DNA from: Candidatus Lokiarchaeum ossiferum
GTDB taxonomy: Archaea; Asgardarchaeota; Lokiarchaeia; Sigyniarchaeales; Promethearchaeaceae
DNA: 32,000 nt
Direction of reading: 5' to 3'
NCBI GenBank assembly: GCA_025839675.1
Contig: CP104013.1
Span: 4,380,001 to 4,412,000 of the forward strand
The notes under the pieces were generated by a model, which was given only the letters and a program-made list of their open reading frames with translations, was not told the DNA's origin and did not search any database. Position 1 is the stretch's first letter. Every line of letters begins with the position of its first letter. The position numbers and the translations under genes are program-made. Shown here in pieces: positions 16,375 to 23,993 of this stretch.

Positions 16375-18225
16375 CTAACTAAGATCTACACAAGAATCAA
16401 AATCATTTTCGGAGCAGGGTAAAAGCCACATTCTTTGTTGAATTGGTATTTCTTTCAATTTTGATATGCTTTCCATCAATTCAATATAATAATTTTGCTT
16501 TTCTTTCCGTTTTTCGCTTGTTATTAACCTTTGTTGAAATTCTCGTTTAATGATGACTGGAATCTCTTTAATTAAGTCTTCAATTTTCTCAGGAGATAAT
16601 ATAAATTCAGTATCTTCACCAATTAACATTACATATTCTCGATTTAATTGCCATAATTGTTTTGCTAAATTTGAAACTAAAATAATGAAATCTATGAGTG
16701 ATTTACTCTTTTCAATATATTGGCGTAATGCATAGATAATTGGTTTATATTCGTCTCTGTTTTCTGTGTTGAATCGTAAATTTTCAATTGGTTTGAGTAA
16801 ATCCAATACATTTTTTTCAACATTTACTATTGAATAAAGAATTCGGCTGGCAATGTTAACCTCTTCTCGATATCCTGAAAAAACTTTATTTTGATTTAAA
16901 CGAATAAATGCTCCTTGGAAAAATATCAAGAATTCCGAAAATATTTTGTCATCCGCTCCTATGTTTGTAACTGTATCTTCTTCCATGCTTTTCTTTTTAA
17001 GTATTTTTTCCAAATTTTTCCATTCTTTTTCCATTTTTCGTAATAATTTTAATTTCATATCGTTGGATTTATCTGAAACCTGAGTTTTATGATTGGATGA
17101 AGTGGCGGCGATATTTTTAATATGAATTCCTGCTCGTTCACATGTTTCTATGTCATGAAGTGGGATAGATGCTTGAAAACCTCGGGAAAATAGATCTGCT
17201 GTTATTTTATTGGTCGTTTTAATAATTGAATTGAAGAAATCTAATAGATCTTTTAAGGTTGCTTGTAATTCTTGGAAAATTTCATTATATTCATTCCAAA
17301 AAATCTTAAGTTTACGGAAGTAAGTTAAAAGATTTTCAGACGTGAAAATATCGGAAAAGTTCTCAATGTCTTTTAATGGGGGTAGCTGTCTGTTTTCGAG
17401 ATCTATTATTGGAAAATGCAATTCGCCAAAAATTCTTTCAATTTTTTCAATTTCACAATTCATAGATGGTGATTTACAATCTTCAATTAGATTCTGATGG
17501 ATATTTTTGATGTCTTTATCTTTAGTATCTCGATGTTTCATTGTTTTTAATAATCTATTCTGCAATAAGGTTATTTGAGTTGATGATCCCAATTTTTCTA
17601 GAATTTTATTTAGACGGCCATTAAATTCATCCGAATAATCTGTTGTAGAGATCATTGTTAATAAACTCATCGTATAGGCGATAATTCCATCATATTTCTG
17701 GGAAATTTCATTAATCAAGGGACCTTGAAGATTATTGTAAAGAATTTGTTCTTTTATATTGACTTGTTCTATTTTTTTTGCCCCTTTTGTCTTGTCCGAG
17801 ATATCGGTACCAAATACAAAGGACACTAATTGTTCCCATGATAAAAATTGACTATATTCCTTATAATTTTGTCTTGAATTTTGTAAAATGTATTCTAAGA
17901 TATGTTCAATTGTAGTTAAAGAATGATTTTGCATTTTTTTAATTGGTCTGATTTGTTCCTGTAAATTAGTAAATTTTTCTTGTTTTAAATCAATTTTTTG
18001 TGAAATATCTAGAGGAAATTCCAGTGGGTGTTCCGAAATAGCTATAATTATTAAATCCATGAAAATTTCCAAAGATTGAATTTTATAGTATATTTCATCA
18101 GATATTTCATCGGAAGCCATTTTAGAAATTGCTCGTGAATAAATTTGGCCTAAAAGATTAATTTGATTTAAATGCTGGTATAGCAAATGGAATGTTTCCT
18201 GTTCAAGATCTTCTTTCACGAGCAT
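16375..18225 (-). CDS. Hypothetical 616-aa all-helical protein, last gene of the HK-RR cluster
   Basis: Long uninterrupted ORF with no TM segment, signal peptide or motif I recognise. Its Lys/Glu/Ile/Leu-rich heptad-like composition suggests helical bundles. Confidence 0.6.
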   Translation of the reverse strand: MLVKEDLEQETFHLLYQHLNQINLLGQIYSRAISKMASDEISDEIYYKIQSLEIFMDLIIIAISEHPLEFPLDISQKIDLKQEKFTNLQEQIRPIKKMQNHSLTTIEHILEYILQNSRQNYKEYSQFLSWEQLVSFVFGTDISDKTKGAKKIEQVNIKEQILYNNLQGPLINEISQKYDGIIAYTMSLLTMISTTDYSDEFNGRLNKILEKLGSSTQITLLQNRLLKTMKHRDTKDKDIKNIHQNLIEDCKSPSMNCEIEKIERIFGELHFPIIDLENRQLPPLKDIENFSDIFTSENLLTYFRKLKIFWNEYNEIFQELQATLKDLLDFFNSIIKTTNKITADLFSRGFQASIPLHDIETCERAGIHIKNIAATSSNHKTQVSDKSNDMKLKLLRKMEKEWKNLEKILKKKSMEEDTVTNIGADDKIFSEFLIFFQGAFIRLNQNKVFSGYREEVNIASRILYSIVNVEKNVLDLLKPIENLRFNTENRDEYKPIIYALRQYIEKSKSLIDFIILVSNLAKQLWQLNREYVMLIGEDTEFILSPEKIEDLIKEIPVIIKREFQQRLITSEKRKEKQNYYIELMESISKLKEIPIQQRMWLLPCSENDFDSCVDLS

Positions 18226-18442
18226 GGCTACATTCTTTGTTTCTTGAGAAACAATTTTTTCAATATTTGATGAAATTTGTCGTTTTAATTGGTTAATGCG
18301 AATATTAAACGTGGTGATTCCTCCAAAAACGAAGATCGATCTTTGTTAAGATACTTAATCTAACAAAGTATATGCTGTTATATTAAATTTTGGTGTAAAA
18401 GATTTGTGAAATCTAAAATCAAAAAAACATCGTTCAAAGTTG

Positions 18443-19138
18443 TTATTCTGGAAATTCTTTTAGTATTTTTTTTAAAGTTGAATTGTTTTGCGCGATGTTA
18501 TTCAGTAACGTGCGTTGCTCTTCATTAAAATCATTTCCAAACTTCTTCTTTAGCGTTACCAACGATTTATGCATAAGTTCAATAGATTCTTTAATTTTCT
18601 TCAATGAGTCTGAATCTATCGCCGATCGTTCAAGATTGAAGAAAGATTGATTTAATGTTATTGGTTTTCGAGTATTATTTTCTAAAACTTCCAACTCATG
18701 TTTTTTCCTGATTAAAACATTTTGAATTGTCTCAATCAGCAATCCTCGGCTAACAGGTTTTTCTAAATAATCTGAAGCTCCAATATGAATCGCTTGCATT
18801 GCTGTTTCTAAATTTGGTTCGCCAGTAATAAAAATTATTGCTGCATCCAGATCAAATTCTTCTTGTAATGTTGCAATTAGTTTTATACCACTCATCTTTG
18901 GTAAGACGATGTCCGCTAATATTAAATCATAATGTAAATTTTCAACACATTTTTTAGCAGTTTGGAAATCAAATGCAGTTTCACAATAAAAACCCGCTCT
19001 TTCTAAAATTTTCTTGATACTTTGACGAAGCAGTCTTTCATCATCAATTATTAGTACTTTTGCTTGATTTTGAATGTTATTTGAGTCAGAATCATCTTTT
19101 GAAGTTGTCTTTGTTTTTGCTTTTTTACCCATAACCAT
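18443..19138 (-). CDS. Response regulator: receiver domain plus uncharacterised helical C-terminal domain
   Basis: Receiver signature KVLIIDDE, phospho-acceptor context LILADIVLPKMSG, IFITG and DYLEKP. The C-terminal ~95 aa has no HTH I can identify. TAGGAG lies upstream of the ATG. Confidence 0.8.
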   Translation of the reverse strand: MVMGKKAKTKTTSKDDSDSNNIQNQAKVLIIDDERLLRQSIKKILERAGFYCETAFDFQTAKKCVENLHYDLILADIVLPKMSGIKLIATLQEEFDLDAAIIFITGEPNLETAMQAIHIGASDYLEKPVSRGLLIETIQNVLIRKKHELEVLENNTRKPITLNQSFFNLERSAIDSDSLKKIKESIELMHKSLVTLKKKFGNDFNEEQRTLLNNIAQNNSTLKKILKEFPE

Positions 19139-19215
19139 CGTACTCCTAATTGCTTTCTTTACGCTTTAACACTAGGATTAGGATATTATTATAAAAAAAA
19201 TTATCTTTTCACTCT

Positions 19216-21072
19216 TTATATTTCGGGAAAATCAATCGTGATTTTAGTTCCTGAATTCTTCCGATCTTTTTCATTTTGAGAAGGATCTAATTTTTTTCCT
19301 TCAACATTTATGTAAGCATGATGATTATGCAAAATAATTTGAGCTGTTGCTAAACTTAAACCAACATGATTTTCTTCTGGATCATTGGGATTTTGGTTTG
19401 GATTGTCCCAAAGGGTATAAAATGGTTCAAAAATTCTACTTATTTGATCCGTATTTAATCCAATTCCATTGTCCGATAATTCAAACCGAATATATTTCTT
19501 TTGATTCAGAATAAATTTATTAATATATATCTCAATTTCTGGTTGTCTGGAAGGATCATAAATTTTGGCTAAATTAATCGCTCGTGTTGAATTTTCCAAC
19601 ATAACGCGTATGACGTATTTTAGCTGATTAAAATTACCTAGGATTTTTGCTTTATTTATTTTTTTGGAAAGTTTTAATTTGATATCTGCATAAGCGGGTT
19701 CGTCTTTTAATTCATTGATAACTTGATTGATAACTTCAAATAGTTCTGTATTATCACGATAATGAACTTCTTTGGCAACTTCAGAAAAGTGTCTTAATTC
19801 TTTCAAAATGAATTTAATTCGTTCTCCTTCAGAGATGATATCTAAAACTTGCGGTTTTAAAAAATGACTAATATTTTCTGTTATTGTGTTTCCTCCCTGA
19901 ATTCTAAGTTTTTCTAATTCCTCAATATCATCTAAATGAATAGATAATGCAGAAATAATTCCCATTAAAGGATTGTTTATCTGGTGGTTTAGCTTATCAC
20001 TAATTAAGCCAATAGTTGCTAATTTTTCAGCGATGATCAATTCCTCTTGAGTCTGGAGTAATAATTCATCTTTTTGAATTAAAGCCAAATCTTTTTGATT
20101 TAATGCAAGATTGTACTCATCCACTTGTTTTTTTAGATTCTGTTTTTCTGAAATATCTTGTCCTGTCAAAAGGATAGAATCCAAATTTTCTTTTTGGTTA
20201 CGAACTGGTACTAGAGACATATTGATAGTTCGATGTATTTCTGTTTCTGCACCTTTCAGTTTTTTTGTTTTGAGCAAAATTTTAAAATTGAAAATTGTTT
20301 TGCCCTTTCTTGCTTCCCCAAATTTTGAATAGAAAAATTCTTCATTTTCATCCGAAACTAAAGGAAGTTTTTGATTCATCATGATATTTGCAGGGAAACC
20401 TGTTGATTTCTCAGCAGCTTTATTCCAAAATTTAATTTTGCCTGTGAGATCTGTATTAATAATTATATCTGGGCTTGAATTTAATAATAAGTCAAGAAAA
20501 TTTCTTGATTCTTCCGAATCTTTTTTAGAGTCTTCTAATTGTTGATTTAATCGAGCGTTTAATATTGCAATGCTCGTTTGTTGTCCAATTTCTTCTAAGA
20601 GGATTTCTTCATTCTGAGTTATTTTTTTTGTGCGTTCTTTAAAATAAAAGCACATTGTTCCAATGATAGTTTGATTATGTGAAAACAAGGGAATTCCGTA
20701 TGCGTACTGATAACCGATAGGCTTCATAATTGCGTAGGCATCCATATTCTTGGAATAGTTAGATAAACAGAGTGGTTTTGTATGCTGTTCTCTAAAAATT
20801 CTCCCGTCAAGCCCTCCTTGTTCTGGAATGAGGATCATTCCTTTTAACGGAATATCATTTGGAATATTATATAGGGTATTAAAAAATCCAAGCTCGGATT
20901 CCCAAAATACTATTGTACTTGCATCTGCTTTTAAAATAGATGAATATCCTTCTAAAAACCTCTCTAAAACTTTTTCTGGTCTATCAATTTCTAATAAGAG
21001 ATATAGAGTTTGTCGAATTTCTTTGATTTGCTGTAAAAAGGCTGGATCAATATTTGGGGATTCTTTAACCAT
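19216..21072 (-). CDS. Soluble GAF-PAS sensor histidine kinase
   Basis: No TM segments. N-terminal GAF-like region, PAS (LLNSSPDIIINTDLTGKIKFWNKAAEKSTGF), H-box LSDKLNHQINNPL, and ATPase N/G boxes (LENSTRAI, LSDNGIGL, GLSLA). Confidence 0.8.
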   Translation of the reverse strand: MVKESPNIDPAFLQQIKEIRQTLYLLLEIDRPEKVLERFLEGYSSILKADASTIVFWESELGFFNTLYNIPNDIPLKGMILIPEQGGLDGRIFREQHTKPLCLSNYSKNMDAYAIMKPIGYQYAYGIPLFSHNQTIIGTMCFYFKERTKKITQNEEILLEEIGQQTSIAILNARLNQQLEDSKKDSEESRNFLDLLLNSSPDIIINTDLTGKIKFWNKAAEKSTGFPANIMMNQKLPLVSDENEEFFYSKFGEARKGKTIFNFKILLKTKKLKGAETEIHRTINMSLVPVRNQKENLDSILLTGQDISEKQNLKKQVDEYNLALNQKDLALIQKDELLLQTQEELIIAEKLATIGLISDKLNHQINNPLMGIISALSIHLDDIEELEKLRIQGGNTITENISHFLKPQVLDIISEGERIKFILKELRHFSEVAKEVHYRDNTELFEVINQVINELKDEPAYADIKLKLSKKINKAKILGNFNQLKYVIRVMLENSTRAINLAKIYDPSRQPEIEIYINKFILNQKKYIRFELSDNGIGLNTDQISRIFEPFYTLWDNPNQNPNDPEENHVGLSLATAQIILHNHHAYINVEGKKLDPSQNEKDRKNSGTKITIDFPEI

Positions 21073-21253
21073 TAAGCAATACTATTTTTTTTTACCTAAT
21101 ATCCTTTTGGAAATAAATAAATTCTAAGACGTTTTGGAATTAATTAAGTGTTTATTATTTATTTGGTGATGTCAAATTTCCCATGTATTTAAAGGTATAA
21201 CCTCCATTGCTTTTGTATGTATTGATGATCTGCGATTAAGTCCGGTTGCTTCT

Positions 21254-21676
21254 TTGATTTTAAGAGATTTATTAATTAAATCTAAAAAATCTAATGTAAG
21301 GAATATTCAAGTAAGCCATGCTGGTTATAAAAGGCGTGGTTCTACCGTGTCTGATGCAACTAAGGGATTTTTGCAAAAAAGGGGCTTTGGTACGACAGAC
21401 ATGCTCGAACCGCATCGTGTCTCAAAAGCGTGGTTAAAATCCAAAGATATAATTTTCACAATGGATCGATTTTTGCGTCGGGATTTGATATATGATTTTT
21501 TCGCCAGCAATAGAAAAGAAATGGAAAATAAAATTTTAGTTCTCAATGATGCTGCTGGAATTAATGAAAAAATAAGAGATTTCGAAGATGATCACAATTC
21601 AGATAGTTCTGGTGTTTTTAATCTTATCGAAAGATGTTGCAATGAATTATATCTACAAATTGACAAAGTAAATTAG
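21254..21676 (+). CDS. Low-molecular-weight protein-tyrosine-phosphatase/ArsC-fold homologue with degenerate active site (possible pseudo-enzyme or pseudogene)
   Basis: From TTG 21254 the ORF aligns to the post-P-loop part of LMW-PTPs (VSHAG, IIFTMD, KILVL). The open frame continues upstream to 21170 and encodes IAFVCIDDLRLSPVAS, the P-loop equivalent, but with no ATG/GTG/TTG. Confidence 0.5.
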   Translation: MILRDLLIKSKKSNVRNIQVSHAGYKRRGSTVSDATKGFLQKRGFGTTDMLEPHRVSKAWLKSKDIIFTMDRFLRRDLIYDFFASNRKEMENKILVLNDAAGINEKIRDFEDDHNSDSSGVFNLIERCCNELYLQIDKVN

Positions 21677-22311
21677 ACAATTTGATTTTGGAAAGCAAGT
21701 TTTGTTTTATTAAGACTTATTTTATTGTATTCTTCTTCGTTTATTGATAAATTGCCCTCTGTTGATTTAATTTGAATTATTTCTGTGTTTGAAAGGTGGT
21801 CAATGGTATGAAATTCTTCTAATGTAATTCCTTTCGCAATAGAAATAAGAATCTTCAAGGGACTATTATGGGCTACGATTAAAATATTGTTTTTCGCCTC
21901 ACTAATGAGTTCTGATAAGAATCGAGTAATTCGATTGTATAAATCATGCAATGATTCTCCTTTAGGTGGTCTAGAGTGCACTGGGTTGGTTCTCCATTCT
22001 TCCTTCAAATTTGGATTTTGTGAATGTACTTCTGACCAAGAATAATTTTGCCAATCTCCATAATTCCGTTCTCGTAACCGTTCATCTGCAATTAGAAGCG
22101 ATTTTGTTGTTTTATTAATGATTTCGGCTGTTTGGGATGCTCGTAATAAATCTGATGTATAAATCCGATCAATTTTTATATTCTTAAATTTAGATGCTAA
22201 TATTTTTGCTTGCAATCGACCTTGTTGATTGAGAGCTATGTCCATGTGTCCTTGGATTTTTCCTTGTTTATTCCAATCAGTTTCTCCATGCCGAATTAGG
22301 TAAATATTCAT
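21673..22311 (-). CDS. Histidine phosphatase superfamily (phosphoglycerate mutase-like) protein
   Basis: LIRHGETDWN RHG motif, TSDLLRASQTA, and a VAHNSPL second catalytic His region. Its stop overlaps the convergent gene by 4 nt. Confidence 0.8.
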   Translation of the reverse strand: MNIYLIRHGETDWNKQGKIQGHMDIALNQQGRLQAKILASKFKNIKIDRIYTSDLLRASQTAEIINKTTKSLLIADERLRERNYGDWQNYSWSEVHSQNPNLKEEWRTNPVHSRPPKGESLHDLYNRITRFLSELISEAKNNILIVAHNSPLKILISIAKGITLEEFHTIDHLSNTEIIQIKSTEGNLSINEEEYNKISLNKTKLAFQNQIV

Positions 22312-22375
22312 CTCACAAAAATGAATGTTTGATATTCAAAAAATTTTTTGAAAATCCCAATTTTTCATAAATATA

Positions 22376-23215
22376 ATGAAATTTTGGGATAATCACACTC
22401 ATAATTACTTATGTAATCATGCTAAAGGCACCGTGGAAGAGTACGTTATATCGGCAATTGAGAAAAACTTATGTGAAATAGGCTTAAGTGATCATTTTCC
22501 CATGCATTTAATTTCAAAAGAGGCTAACGTTGAACAATGGGCTATGCGAATGGAGCAGTTTCCAAAATATATTGCATCATGCCAACAAGTCCAAAAAAAA
22601 TACCAAGATAAAATTATAGTTAAAGTTGCTTCTGAAGTAGATTTTACTCCAAAATCATTTTCAAATTATAAGATTGCCTTAGAACCATTTCTTGATGATT
22701 TAGATTATATTATCGGTTCTGTGCATGTTATAGATATTGATGGTGTAGGGGAACGTGCGGTTGATAGTCCAGACAGTTTTTCTTTAATGGAAGAAGTTGG
22801 ATCTAATATTATATATAAAAAATATTATGAAACAAACATAAAAATGGTGAAAACTGGATTCTATAACATCGTTGGGCATTGTGACTTACCTAAGAAATTT
22901 GGGATATTGCCTAATGAAGAAATTTGGGAATATACATTGAAATTTTTGGATGCCGTTGAAGAAAGTGATATGGCAATAGAAATCAACCATGCGGGATTTT
23001 GTAAACCGGTTGCAACGCAATATCCTGATGATAAAATCATTCACGAAGTGATTAACAGAAATATTCCTATTACTTTTGGTTCAGATGCTCATGAATCAAG
23101 ATATGTTGGTTACGGATTTGAAGAAACTTATAATAAACTTATGAAATATTGCAAGAAGCAAACTTCTCAATTAGTTTTTGCTAAGTTTAATAAACGAAAT
23201 ATATATTTTCAATAG
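22376..23215 (+). CDS. PHP-family histidinol-phosphatase-like (HisJ/HisK type) protein
   Basis: N-terminal DNHTHNYLCNHA metal-binding His cluster, GLSDHFP, GSVHV, GHCDL and GSDAH motifs typical of the PHP domain. Confidence 0.75.
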   Translation: MKFWDNHTHNYLCNHAKGTVEEYVISAIEKNLCEIGLSDHFPMHLISKEANVEQWAMRMEQFPKYIASCQQVQKKYQDKIIVKVASEVDFTPKSFSNYKIALEPFLDDLDYIIGSVHVIDIDGVGERAVDSPDSFSLMEEVGSNIIYKKYYETNIKMVKTGFYNIVGHCDLPKKFGILPNEEIWEYTLKFLDAVEESDMAIEINHAGFCKPVATQYPDDKIIHEVINRNIPITFGSDAHESRYVGYGFEETYNKLMKYCKKQTSQLVFAKFNKRNIYFQ

Positions 23216-23293
23216 AATTTTTTATTTCTCCAACTAATTTGTGTGGTGTTCTACACATCGAGGTGTGATTTGTTTAAATTGAATGGATATTGA

Positions 23294-23644
23294 ATGAATG
23301 CTTTAACTATGCCTATGACCATTGAAGTGGAATTACCTTCGGATGTTTTAGCTCTTAATGACTCCCAAATTCTTCAATATTTCCAGATATATACGTTAGA
23401 TGAATCGACGGATCAATGGGTATTCGATAATTTTACGAAAACCATTGATAGAACATCGGGAACTTTGATTATTGAGATTGATCATCTTTCTGTTTTTGCA
23501 GCAGGTTATGTGGCCCCTCCTTCTGATGGTACTGGTGAGGGCGATGGCGATGATGGTGGATTCAATATTCCTGAATATACTCCACTTTTCGTTGTTTTTG
23601 CTTCCTTGGGTGCATTAACTTTGATTATCAAAAAACGAAAATAA
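23294..23644 (+). CDS. Orphan pre-anchor domain + C-terminal anchor cassette, paralogous to the 3' end of 28372-31305; no signal peptide
   Basis: The 116-aa ORF aligns end-to-end with the last ~115 aa of the 977-aa protein. An in-frame TGA lies immediately upstream of its ATG. A hairpin plus T-tract follows. Confidence 0.55.
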   Translation: MNALTMPMTIEVELPSDVLALNDSQILQYFQIYTLDESTDQWVFDNFTKTIDRTSGTLIIEIDHLSVFAAGYVAPPSDGTGEGDGDDGGFNIPEYTPLFVVFASLGALTLIIKKRK

Positions 23645-23672
23645 AAAATCTTTGATTTATCTAGTAATTCTT

Positions 23673-23695
23673 GACTGAGAAATCAGTCCTTTTTT
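23673..23695 (+). terminator. Hairpin (GACTGA-GAAA-TCAGTC) followed by T-tract
   Basis: Perfect 6-bp stem with a GAAA loop at 23673-23688, then CTTTTTT and further T-rich sequence, 29 nt after the stop at 23644. Confidence 0.45.
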
Positions 23696-23773
23696 CTCTT
23701 TTCTTTTGCATTGTATGTGATTCAAGTTACCATGCGGAATTTATCAATCGATAAATTCTTTGATTATTTCAAT

Positions 23774-23812
23774 TCTTTTATTCATTTCTTTTATTCATTT
23801 CTTTTATTCATT
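23774..23812. repeat. Perfect 13-bp tandem repeat x3 (TCTTTTATTCATT)
   Basis: Read directly: 23774-23786, 23787-23799 and 23800-23812 are identical, with degenerate partial copies on both sides. It is intergenic, ~180 nt upstream of the beta-helix gene. Confidence 0.9.
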
Positions 23813-23993
23813 TATTTCGTAAACGGCTTTAATCAGATTATTTCACAGATCATTGAATCATTGAGATTTGCGTTTCCCAAAACAAGAAGATCGATCAATT
23901 CTAAAATAATTTTATCACAATTGGGAAGAAATTTAGTTACATAAACTTCTAAAACAGTAATTTCTAATTTAGGGATATTCAGAAAACTATCTT

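Noticed and set aside
18226-18336. 37 open, sense-looking codons (…INQLKRQISSNIEKIVSQETKNVA) directly upstream of the 616-aa ORF's ATG
   Set aside because: No ATG/GTG/TTG occurs between the upstream TAA and the ATG at 18225, so I kept the ATG start. A non-canonical start or sequencing error cannot be excluded.
20111-21127. Plus-strand ORFs 20111-20332 and 20828-21127, and minus-strand 21325-21546
   Set aside because: They are antisense to the histidine kinase and the LMW-PTP-like gene respectively, with hydrophobic/low-complexity translations and no motifs.
23711-23944. 77-aa plus-strand ORF in the spacer before the beta-helix gene
   Set aside because: Its sequence (FIHFFYSFLLFIYF...) is a direct translation of the 13-bp tandem repeat and surrounding A/T-rich DNA. 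It starts with TTG and has no RBS, so it is treated as non-coding regulatory spacer.
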